A DNA stretch of 63,991 nucleotides, the filler included, from Reclinomonas americana ATCC 50394 (Eukaryota), in assembly GCA_048213135.1 (NCBI GenBank). It is 19 parts of 19 records of this genome, joined end to end, with 100 filler letters (N's around TTAATTAATTAA, not from the genome) between each part and the next. Parts side by side here need not be neighbours in the genome. Positions count along the whole stretch, not along the records: positions 53,380 to 55,000 come from AFZH01024193.1; positions 55,101 to 59,373 come from AFZH01024194.1; positions 59,474 to 61,064 come from AFZH01024195.1; positions 61,165 to 62,298 come from AFZH01024199.1; positions 62,399 to 63,991 come from AFZH01024207.1; 14 more parts are not named here. The stretch is one strand, 5' to 3'. The notes below the pieces were generated by a model. It worked only from the letters and a program-made list of their open reading frames with translations. It was not told the DNA's origin and searched no databases. Of this stretch, positions 54,896 through 63,991 are shown piece after piece. Numbering within the stretch: the stretch's first letter is position 1; every line of letters starts with the position of its first letter. A program made the position numbers and the translations under genes.

Positions 54896-56280
54896 TCAGG
54901 CCGCGTCCTTCCATTTCGGCAGGGCGTCGCCATGGGCGGCGATGAGCTCGTCGACCATGCGCCTCGTCTCCTGCAGCGACAGCACACTCGCTGCATGGCG
55001 NNNNNNNNNNNNNNNNNNNNNNNNNNNNNNNNNNNNNNNNNNNNTTAATTAATTAANNNNNNNNNNNNNNNNNNNNNNNNNNNNNNNNNNNNNNNNNNNN
55101 CGCGGTGGACGCGCTCGCGATCGCCGTCGAGCGCGGCGCGCACGGTCAGGTCCTGGACGAAGACATGGGGTGCGCAATGCGCCGCCAGTTCCGGCGGCAG
55201 CGTCCCGGCATGGCAGGGGCGCAGGCCGTTGCGGTCGACGATGACCGGCACCTCGACGCAGCAGCCCTCGGGCAGGTTGTCGATCAGCCTGGTGTTCTCG
55301 ACGTTGCCGTAGATCACCGTCGGCTCGCCCGTGACCATGGCGCGGATGATCAGGGAGCCATACTCGTCGCTGCGCTCCAGCGGGAAGTCCTCGCCGGCCA
55401 GGAGCTTGCGCCGCGTCTCGGTGTAACGGCCGAGATTGCGGATACTGCGCCGGACATATTCGTCGACCGGAACGTCGTATTCGGCGATCTGGTCGTCGCG
55501 GCGCAGGAAATACGGGGTGTACTCGGCATTGTGCTCGCTGGATTCGCTGACGAACCAGCCCAGCGTCCGCATCAGCTCGAAGCGGACCTTGTCCCTGGCG
55601 TAGATCTCCGGATCGGCCATCGCCCGGCGCAGCGCCGGATAGGCGTCCTTGCCGTCGATCTGGAGCTTGAGGAACCAGGTCATGTGGTTGATGCCGGCAC
55701 AATCATAGCTCAGCCTCGACTGCTCGACGCCGAGATAGCTCGCAAGATCGCGGGCCGTGTGCTGGACGTTGTGACAGAGGCCGACGACGCGCTGCTCCGG
55801 AAAGGCCTTGTAGACCGCCCAGGTCAGGATGCTCATCGGGTTGGTGTAGTTCAGCAGCACCGCGTCGGGGCAGAGCTCGCGCATGTCGGCGACGAGATCG
55901 AGCATGAAGGGGATGGTGCGCAAGCCGCGGAAGATGCCGCCGATGCCGACCGTATCGGCGATGGTCTGCTTCAGCCCGTATTTCCGGGGTATGTCGAAAT
56001 CGAGCAGCGTCGCCTCGTGCATGCCGATCTGGACCATGTTGATGACGAAGTCGCAGCCCTCCAGCGCGCGGCGACGGTCGAGATGTTCCTCGACGACCGC
56101 ATCGGCGCCGAATTGCTGCGCCGTCCAGCGCGCCATCATGCCGCCGGTCTCGAGCCGCTCGGGATCGATGTCGTGCAGCGAGATCACCACGCGCCCGAGC
56201 TCGGTGAAGTTCAGGATGTCGGTCAGCAGGTTCTTGACGAAGACGGCGCTGCCCGCGCCCATCATGGCGATCTTGACCAC
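54896..56280 (-). CDS. melA: GH4 NAD-dependent alpha-galactosidase (spans gap)
   Basis: KIAMMGAGS, QTIADTVGIGGIFRGLRT, NYTNPM, GLCH, AGINH, ESSEHNAEY; C-terminus ..VDELIAAHGDALP in the neighbouring contig. Confidence 0.93.
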
Positions 56281-56336
56281 GGTATTGTCCTTCTCGAAAC
56301 GTCGAAACGGGTCGGCCCGCGCTCTTGCGCGAGCGG

Positions 56337-57182
56337 TTACTTGAGGCCGGAGCCGGAGATGCCCTGGACGAAATAGCGCTGGAAGAAGGTGAAGATGATC
56401 AGCATCGGCACCAGAGAGAGCAGCGCGATCGCCATGATCATCGACCATTCCGTGTTGAACTGGCCACGCAGCAGGTTGAGGCCGAGCTGCACGGTGTACA
56501 TCTCGTGCTTCATCATCACGATCAGCGGCAGGGCAAAATCGTTCCAGCGCCACATGAAGGTGAAGATCACCAGCACGGCGATGATCGGCTTCGACAGCGG
56601 CACGACGATCTTGAAGAAGATCTTCAGCTCGCTGGCACCGTCGATGCGGGCCGCTTCGAGCAATTCGTCGGGGATCGAGACCATGAACTGGCGCACCATG
56701 AAGATGCCGAAGGCCTCGGCTGCGCGCGGCAGGATGACGCCCCAGTAGTCGCTGAGCAGGCCGAGCTCGGAGACCACCAGGAAGAGCGGCACGATGATGA
56801 CCTGGAACGGGATCATCAGCGCCGACAGCACGGCGAGGAAGAGGATGTCGCGGCCGGCGAAGCGGAATTTGGCGAAGGCATAGCCGCAGAGCAGGTTGAT
56901 CGTCACGGTGATCACCACCGCGAATACGGTGATGATCAGCGAATTCGCCGTCCAGCTCAGGAACGGCACGCGCCCGATCGCATCGGCGAAGTTCTGCCAG
57001 ACGAAGCTCGACGGGATCAGGCCGGCGGCGCCGCTGAAGACTTCGTCCTTCGGCCGCACGGCGGTCGCGAACATCCAGTAGACCGGGAAGAACATGACCC
57101 CGGCCCCCGCGACGAGGAGCAGCCAGATGCTCGTGGTCTCGAGGCGCCCTGACAGGGCGCTGCGGCTGGTTCCCGCGATCAT
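56337..57182 (-). CDS. Carbohydrate ABC transporter permease (MalG-like)
   Basis: TM helices and EAA loop ELLEAARIDGAS. Confidence 0.95.
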   Translation of the reverse strand: MIAGTSRSALSGRLETTSIWLLLVAGAGVMFFPVYWMFATAVRPKDEVFSGAAGLIPSSFVWQNFADAIGRVPFLSWTANSLIITVFAVVITVTINLLCGYAFAKFRFAGRDILFLAVLSALMIPFQVIIVPLFLVVSELGLLSDYWGVILPRAAEAFGIFMVRQFMVSIPDELLEAARIDGASELKIFFKIVVPLSKPIIAVLVIFTFMWRWNDFALPLIVMMKHEMYTVQLGLNLLRGQFNTEWSMIMAIALLSLVPMLIIFTFFQRYFVQGISGSGLK

Positions 57183-57192
57183 GAAGGCGCCC

Positions 57193-58149
57193 TCATGCCA
57201 CGTCCTCGACCCGGCGATTCACTCGCCATTGCAGCAGGGTGAAGATCAGGATCATCACGAACAGGACCATGCCCATGGCGCTGGCATAGCCCATCTCGGA
57301 CCCGACGAAGGCAGCCTGGTAGATGTACTGGACGATCATCGTCGTCGAGAAACCGGGGCCGCCGCCGGTCATCACGTAGATCAGGTCGAAGACCTGGAAG
57401 GAGTGGATCACGCCGAGAATCAGCAGCAGGAAAGTGGCCGGCCGCAGCAGCGGCCAAGTGACGAAGCGGAACTGCTGCCAGCGGCTGGCGCCGTCCATCT
57501 GCGCGGCATCGTAATAGGTCGGCGAGATCGACTGCAGCGCGGCGAGATAGACCACCATGCAGAAGCCGATGCGGACCCAGAGCGAGGTGACGACCAGCGA
57601 GAACAGTGCCCAGCGCGGCGAGGACAGCCAGGCGACCGGCCCGATCCCGACCTGTTGGAGCAGCGCGTTGATCACGCCGTAATTGTCGTTGAAGAGCCAC
57701 GCCGCGATCACCGCCGTCGCCACATTGGAGATCACGACCGGCAGGAAGAAGACGCTGCGCAGGATGGTGCGGCCGTAAAGGTCGCGGTTGAGGGCGAGCG
57801 CCAGCACCAGGCCGATGGCGAGGCTCATCGGGACCGTGGCGATCGAGTAGACCGCGGTATTGCTCAGCGACTGCCAGAACAGCGTGTCGCTCGCGAGGCG
57901 AGCATAGTTCTCCAGCCCGATATAGCGCGGCGTATCGATCAGGCTCCATTCCCGCAGGCTGATGTAGAACGCATAGAGCAGCGGGAAGAAGACGAAGACA
58001 GAGAACAGCGCCATGTTCGGGGCGATGAACAGGTAGGGCGTCAGCTGGCTGCGTTTCGCCTGCAGCCAGTAGCGCCGCGCATCGGCCGCCGAGGGCCGGC
58101 CGACCGCCGGCCCTCTCAGGTTTTCCGCGATGGCCATCACCGCCGCCAT
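57193..58149 (-). CDS. Carbohydrate ABC transporter permease (MalF-like)
   Basis: TM helices, YDAAQMDGASRW, MTGGGPG. Confidence 0.95.
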   Translation of the reverse strand: MAAVMAIAENLRGPAVGRPSAADARRYWLQAKRSQLTPYLFIAPNMALFSVFVFFPLLYAFYISLREWSLIDTPRYIGLENYARLASDTLFWQSLSNTAVYSIATVPMSLAIGLVLALALNRDLYGRTILRSVFFLPVVISNVATAVIAAWLFNDNYGVINALLQQVGIGPVAWLSSPRWALFSLVVTSLWVRIGFCMVVYLAALQSISPTYYDAAQMDGASRWQQFRFVTWPLLRPATFLLLILGVIHSFQVFDLIYVMTGGGPGFSTTMIVQYIYQAAFVGSEMGYASAMGMVLFVMILIFTLLQWRVNRRVEDVA

Positions 58150-59509
58150 CAGACCAGCAGCGTCGAGCGCACGTGCTTCTCGATGTTCGCGACGGTCGCA
58201 GTTGGCGACTGGCCGGAGGTGAAGGCAAGTTCAAGCTCGTCGGCGAGCTTGGCGTTGAAGCGATCCCAGGTCGGCAGGACGATGGTGCTGACGAGATGCT
58301 CCGGCACGGTCGCCGACTGTTCGAGGAAGACCTTCATCTCCTCGTTGCGGATGTCGTAGACGAGGCCCTTCTCCTTCAGCGATTTTCGCACCGGCAGGAA
58401 CTGCGCCTTGGTGACGAACTCGCGCATCGCCTCCTCCGCGACCATGAACTTGACGAAGTCGGCCGCGACGTCCGGGCTCTTGCTGTCGCGCGAGACCGCC
58501 AGGGCATTGCCGCCGAGATCGGCCGCCATTGCCACGTCGCGCGGCAGATAAGTGACGCCCCATTTGAACCTGGCCTGCTCCTGGATGAAGGGGATCTGCC
58601 AGTCGCCGTGGAGCAGCATGGCGATCTTGCCGGTGGCGAACAGATTCTGCACCGGCTCGGAACTCTTGAGGGAGGTGTTCGGCGGGACGAGCCCGTCCTT
58701 GAACCAGCTCTGGGTCCAGGCGACAGTCTCGGCCGCCTCCTTGGTGTTGATCTGCGGGCCCTTGAGCTCGTTGTCGAGCAGCTGGCCGCCATGCTGGTAG
58801 AGATACATCAGCCAGCGATAGGCGTTCGAATTCTGCCAGTTCATCGCGAAGGCGTAGTTCAGCCCGGCCTTCTCCTTGGCCAGCTTCGCGGCGCCGATGA
58901 ACTCCTGCCAGGTCCAGCTCTTGTCGAGGCTTTTGGGCGCCTCGATGCCGCAGGCCTCGAAGATCTCGGCGTTGTAGAACAGCGCGAAGGTGTCGGTGTG
59001 ATGCGGCAGCGCATGCGGCTTGCCCTTGATGGTCGAGGCGCGCCAAACCGAAGGCAGGAAGTCCTGGCCGAAGCCGGCGTCGAGATATTGCGACAGGTCG
59101 ATCGCCGCGCCGCTCTGCCCATAGCGCCCGATCCGCTGATACTGGGCGCGGAAGATGTCCGGCGCCTGCTTGCCGGCGAAACGGGTGTCGAGCTGCTGGT
59201 AATACTGGCCGCTTGGAACCACCTCCAGCTTGATGGCGACGTTGGGATTGCGGGCCTTGTACCGCTCGATCTGCGCGTTGAAGGCGGCGATCTCGGCGGG
59301 CGAACCCCAGGAGGTCATGGTCAGCGAAGCTGCCTTCTGGGCGTTCGCGGCGCCCCAATACATGCCCACTCCCNNNNNNNNNNNNNNNNNNNNNNNNNNN
59401 NNNNNNNNNNNNNNNNNTTAATTAATTAANNNNNNNNNNNNNNNNNNNNNNNNNNNNNNNNNNNNNNNNNNNNGGTCTTGAGGAAACTGCGCTTGGTGAT
59501 GGTCGCCAT
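58149..59509 (-). CDS. Sugar ABC transporter substrate-binding protein with Tat-type signal (spans gap)
   Basis: SD plus MATITKRSFLKT at 59509; SBP motifs APDIF, ALFYN, PKS..WTWQEF. Confidence 0.92.
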
Positions 59510-59558
59510 TGTTTCGATCTCCCTTGGACTTTTTTATCGTTGGAAGGCGGTGGCTGGC

Positions 59559-60635
59559 TCAGGCTCCCTCCCCGTCCGAGACGGTACGGACGCCGCCGCA
59601 GGATTCGCGCACCAGCAGGCGCACCGGCAGAACCTGCTCGCGCAGCGGCTCGGCCTCGCCCTCCAGCCGGCTGATCACCGCCTCGACGGCGAGCCGGCCG
59701 ATATCGGCGCGGGAATAGTCCACCGTGGTGAGCTCCGGCGTGACAAAGCCACCGAGCGCGATGCCGTCGAAGCCGACGACCGCCATCTCCTCCGGCACGC
59801 GCACACCATGCTTGCGCAGCGCGTGCAGCGCGCCGACCGCCATCTGGTCGCTGTAGACGAAGACGGCGCTCGGGCGTTCGTCCTGCGCCAGCAGCTCCTG
59901 CATTGCCGAAAAGCCGCCGGCGAGGCTCGGCTCCGCCATTGCGATGAGCCGAGGGTCGGCTGCGATACCGGCGTCCTGCAGCGCCTGCAAATAGCCGTCC
60001 GAGCGCTCGCGACGCTTCAACAGACGCTGCGAGGCGCTGCCGATATGGGCGATGCGGCGGTGGCCGAGATCGATCAGATGCCGGGTCGCGACATAGCCGC
60101 CCCGCTCCAGGTCGACGCGCACCGCCTGGAGCGCCGGGTCGGGGCTGTGGTGCTGCATCACCACGATCGGCATGCCGTTCTCAGCGAGTTTCTTGAGGTC
60201 AGCCGCAAAATCGGCCGGGGGAGCGGCGACGATGACGCCGTCTGCGACGCCGCCCGAAAGCAGCGAGTAGGCCCGCCGCTGCACCTCGTCGAACTTCGCC
60301 GACATGATGTTGAGCGAGTAGCCGCGCTCGAGGGCAGCGGCATGGGCGGCGCCGATGATCTCGGCGTTATAGAAGCTGTCCAGCGTATAGAGCAGCAGCG
60401 CGATCACATTGGTGCGCCAACGCCGCAGCGAGCGCGCGGCATGGCTCGGCTGATAGCTCAGCCGGGCGGCGGCATCGGCGACGCGCGCCCGCGTCTCGGC
60501 GGATATGCCGAGCTCTCCACCGCGATCATTGAGGACGAGCGAGACGGTGGTTCGCGAGACGCCGGCGAGCGCGGCGACCTCGGCGCTGGTGGGCCGGCGA
60601 CTGGCTCGCCCGTGCGGAAGCGCACGCTTCACCAC
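59559..60635 (-). CDS. LacI family transcriptional regulator
   Basis: HTH TSAEVAALAGVSRTTVSLVLN, HLIDLGHRRIAHI, VPEEMAVVGFD. Confidence 0.95.
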   Translation of the reverse strand: MVKRALPHGRASRRPTSAEVAALAGVSRTTVSLVLNDRGGELGISAETRARVADAAARLSYQPSHAARSLRRWRTNVIALLLYTLDSFYNAEIIGAAHAAALERGYSLNIMSAKFDEVQRRAYSLLSGGVADGVIVAAPPADFAADLKKLAENGMPIVVMQHHSPDPALQAVRVDLERGGYVATRHLIDLGHRRIAHIGSASQRLLKRRERSDGYLQALQDAGIAADPRLIAMAEPSLAGGFSAMQELLAQDERPSAVFVYSDQMAVGALHALRKHGVRVPEEMAVVGFDGIALGGFVTPELTTVDYSRADIGRLAVEAVISRLEGEAEPLREQVLPVRLLVRESCGGVRTVSDGEGA

Positions 60636-60659
60636 AGCTTTTCCATCCCTGTATTGTTA

Positions 60660-60675
60660 TCTAACACGATTTAGA
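60660..60675. promoter_or_regulatory. Candidate LacI-family operator
   Basis: TCTAA-CACGAT-TTAGA dyad with central CG in the AT-rich region just upstream of the regulator. Confidence 0.5.
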
Positions 60676-61284
60676 AGAAGGCTATGTGCGGAACTGTCTA
60701 TCTGTCAAGGCGGTCAGGACGGGAGCTTTTCGCCGCTGCGGAGACGCACGCTGGAGAACTCGTCCGGTGCGTGATCAGATCGGCAAATGTTCGGTCCCCA
60801 TCAATGCCGGTTCGCCGGCTGCGCCCGCGTACTGGCATCGCTGATGATCCAGCCCAGGCGAGAAAGCCCTATGTCAGGTACGACATCGACGGCACTGTCC
60901 GGCCGAAAAGCGAGTTACCAGACCTGAGGCTGGCTCCCGTTGTGGAGCAGGCTGCTCAGCGGGCGCATTCTCCGCTCCCGCAAAGCAGAGAGCGCCCTAA
61001 AGCCTCAAACGCGCCGATATCGTTGAAGAAGTCGGGTCCGAGCAGCCTTGCGTCTGCAGGCCGGNNNNNNNNNNNNNNNNNNNNNNNNNNNNNNNNNNNN
61101 NNNNNNNNTTAATTAATTAANNNNNNNNNNNNNNNNNNNNNNNNNNNNNNNNNNNNNNNNNNNNGAGAGAGAGAGAGATGAGAGAGATGAGATGCATGTC
61201 GGGCATTTCATCGTGTCCTTGTCGCGAACGCCAGCACCTCGAGCTCCTGGGTCTCGTGCTCTCCTCCCGCTCTCCTCACCATTC

Positions 61285-61779
61285 ATGGCCTCTTTCGCTC
61301 AGTTCCGCCCACCGCCATTCGCGCCAACTTCGCATTGGTGGCCATCGCCTCGCCCTTCGCGGCGGTGGCTGTGGAGCCTCGCGCCCTGTCCACTCTGCCT
61401 CCAACTACGCTGTGCCACCTGTTTCCGTCCAACCCGTGGCGGCGGCGATTGTGGAACCAGCAGTGGCTCCGGCTGTTCCTCGCATGTCGCCTCTGCAGCT
61501 AAAGATTCAAGCTCTTCACGAGGCCAACACCATGAAGACCGTGCTCCCGCTGGCCAACGATCCGAGCAACCTCTCCACCCTGGAATGCCTCGTTTCGTTG
61601 AATTTGAGAAGAAAAGAATGTGGGTGAAGTCTCTCGTCTGACACGCTCTCCTCCCCCAGGTTCCTCTGTGGGCCAACCAGACCACAGCTGAGGCTGACTC
61701 GGCGGGCGGTCGTGCCACTGCGCAGCTGGCCGACGACATGTTGGTCAAATTTGTCAGTCGCGAGAAGCCAACGGATAAG
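61285..61779 (+). CDS. Eukaryotic hypothetical protein fragment
   Basis: Coding-like segments, an intron ending ccccag at ~61660, then a GT donor followed by a long CT-rich intron. Confidence 0.3.
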
Positions 61780-62241
61780 GTAGGCGGTGGACGCTCAGAA
61801 TGCACAGGCCTCTTCTGTGTCTCTCTCTCCCTTCTTAACGCACCTTTTCCTCTGTCTTCCTCTTTATCTCTCCCTCCTTCATGTGCCCTCAGTTTCATTT
61901 TCTCTCTCTCTTTTCGTCCTCACTCCTCTTTTGCTGACGCCCATCTCTTTCCAGTTCCCATTTTCTCTCCCTCCCTCTCTACTCTCTTCTATCTCTTGTC
62001 TCAGTCTAGATCTCTTCTCACCCTTTCTCTTTCTCTCTCCTTATTTTCTCTCACCTCCCTCTCTTCTCCTTCTATCTCCTCTCCCTCCCTTCTCTCTCCC
62101 TTCTCTCTCCCTTTTCTCTCCCTTCTCTTCTCCTACTCTTCTCCTTCTCTTCTTCTTCTCTCTCTCCTTTCTCTCTCTTCTATCTCTATTCTCTCTCCTT
62201 TCTCTCTCCTTTCTCTCTCCCTTGTCTCTCCCTCTCTCTCG

Positions 62242-62298
<57 letters not shown>

Positions 62299-62399
62299 NN
62301 NNNNNNNNNNNNNNNNNNNNNNNNNNNNNNNNNNNNNNNNNNTTAATTAATTAANNNNNNNNNNNNNNNNNNNNNNNNNNNNNNNNNNNNNNNNNNNNT

Positions 62400-63991
62400 G
62401 GCAGTGTGACAACAGCTGGCAGCATGCAGGCTGGCACGATCAGCACCGGCTCGACGGTGACTTCTGGTGGCTTGATCACTGGCGGCAGTGTGACGTCGGC
62501 TGGATCTGTGCAGGCTGGCACTGTTAGCTCGTTCGGTTTGGTGAGCGCCGGAAGCTTCACAACAGGATCGACTGTTATTGCTGGCGGTCTGATTACTGGC
62601 GGCAGTGTGACGACAGCCGGTAGCATGCAGGCAGGCACGATCAGCACCGGCTCGACTGTGACAGCAGGTGGTCTGATCACTGGCGGTAGTGTTACGACAG
62701 CTGGATCTGCGCAGTCGGGCACTGTGAGCTCGTTTGGTTTGGTGAGCGGCGGCAGTTTCACGACGACCGGCAGCATGCAGGCTGGCACGATCAGCACTGG
62801 TTCGACAGTGACTGCTGGTGGCCTGATCACTGGTGGCAGCTTGACGACGGCTGGATCTGTGCAGTCGGGCACTGTCAGTTCATTTGGGTTGGTGAGCGCC
62901 GGAAGCTTCACGACGACTGGCAGCATGCAGGCTGGTACGATCAGCACTGGCTTGACAGTGACTGCTGGCGGCCTGATCACTGGTAGCAGTTTGACGACGG
63001 CCGGCAGCATGCAGGCAGGCACGATCAGCACCGGCTCCACAGTGACTGCTGGCGGTCTGATCACTGGCGGCAGTGTGACGACGGCTGGGTCTGTGCAGTC
63101 GGGCACTGTGAGCTCGTTTGGGTTGGTGAGCGCCGGAAGCTTCACAACGGGATCGACGGTTATTGCTGGTGGCCTGATCACTGGTGGCAGTTTGACGACG
63201 GCTGGCAGCATGCAAGCTGGCACGATCAGCACTGGGTCGACAGTGAATGCTGGCGGCGTGATCGCTGGTGGCAGTGTGACAACGGCTGGCAGCATGCAGG
63301 CTGGTACGATCAGCACCGGCTCGACGGTAACTGCTGATGGTTTGATTTCTGGCGGCAGTGTGACGACGGCTGGATCTGTGCAGTCGGGTACCGTGAGCTC
63401 GTTTGGGTTGGTTAGCGGTGGCAGTTTGACGACAACCGGCAGCATGCAGGCTGGCACAATCAGCACCAGCTCGACTGTGACTGCTGGCGGCCTTATTACT
63501 GGCGGCAGCTTGACGACGGCTGGCAGCGTGCAGGCAGGCACGATCAGCACCGGCTCCACTGTGACTGCTGGTGGCTTAGTCACTGGTGGCAGTGTTACGA
63601 CAGTCGGTAGCGTGCAGGCTGGCACGATCAGCACCGGATCGACGGTTATTGCTGGTGGCCTGATCACTGGTGGCAGCTTGACGACGGCTGGATCTGTGCA
63701 GTCGGGCACTGTCAGTTCATTTGGGTTGGTAAGCGCTGGAAGCTTCACGACTACCGGCAGCATGCAGGCTGGTACGATCAGTACTGGCTCGACTGTGACT
63801 GCTAGTGGCTTGATCACTGGCGGCAGCTTGACGACTGCTGGATCTGTGCAGTCGGGTACCGTGAGCTCGTTTGGGTTGGTCAGCGCTGGCAGTTTGACGA
63901 CGGCTGGCAGCATGCAGGCTGGTACGATAAGCACTGGTTCGACAGTGACTGCTGGTGGCCTGATCACTGGCGGCAGTGTGACGACGGCTGG
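62400..63991 (+). CDS. Partial Gly/Ser/Thr-rich beta-solenoid-type repeat protein (530 codons, no start or stop in window)
   Basis: Frame from 62400 repeats GSVTTAGSMQAGTISTGSTVTAGGLITG and GSLTTAGSVQSGTVSSFGLVSA; many differences between copies are synonymous on this strand. Confidence 0.85.

Larger units (their letters stand above)
53380..61064. other. Bacterial (alphaproteobacterium-like) DNA, three adjacent contigs
   Basis: Intronless operon with SD motifs and tight gene junctions; two genes continue across linkers. Confidence 0.93.

Noticed and set aside
55105..60674. Long plus-strand ORFs opposite the bacterial operon
   Set aside because: Typical high-GC antisense shadows with no motifs
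61780..62298. Ser/Leu/Phe-rich ORFs suggesting membrane proteins (also 7908-8339 and 9466-10047)
   Set aside because: Translations of CT-rich intronic low-complexity DNA
62351..63967. 538-aa Pro/Val-rich minus-strand ORF
   Set aside because: Antisense shadow sharing third codon positions with the plus-strand repeat; plus-strand synonymous changes appear here as R/K and E/D swaps

Overview
The window is a concatenation of 19 contigs joined by 18 artificial 100-nt linkers (N44-TTAATTAATTAA-N44). Most of it (1-53279, 61165-62298) is a GC-rich, gene-dense, intron-rich unicellular eukaryote using the standard code, with short GT-AG introns, occasional GC-AG introns and many (CA)n/(GA)n tracts. 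Recognisable genes are CDK1/cdc2, proteasome alpha5, a ClpB/Hsp78-like chaperone, a LYR protein, SmG, a SPATA5L1-like AAA ATPase, an epoxide hydrolase-like enzyme, PI4K-beta, PPIL4, a purple acid phosphatase, a RING protein and a CK1-like kinase. A giant secreted IPT/Ig-repeat gene spans five contigs. Positions 53380-61064 are an intronless bacterial segment (LacI regulator, sugar ABC transporter, GH4 alpha-galactosidase, His-phosphatase), probably co-assembled. The last contig is an uninterrupted Gly/Ser/Thr beta-solenoid-type repeat ORF. The most striking item is a spliced gene (49476-52867, minus strand) that I reconstruct as encoding two tandem GIY-YIG nuclease domains resembling plant EFFECTOR OF TRANSCRIPTION proteins. 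All exon structures are manual reconstructions and all family calls come from recalled motifs; no database search was run.
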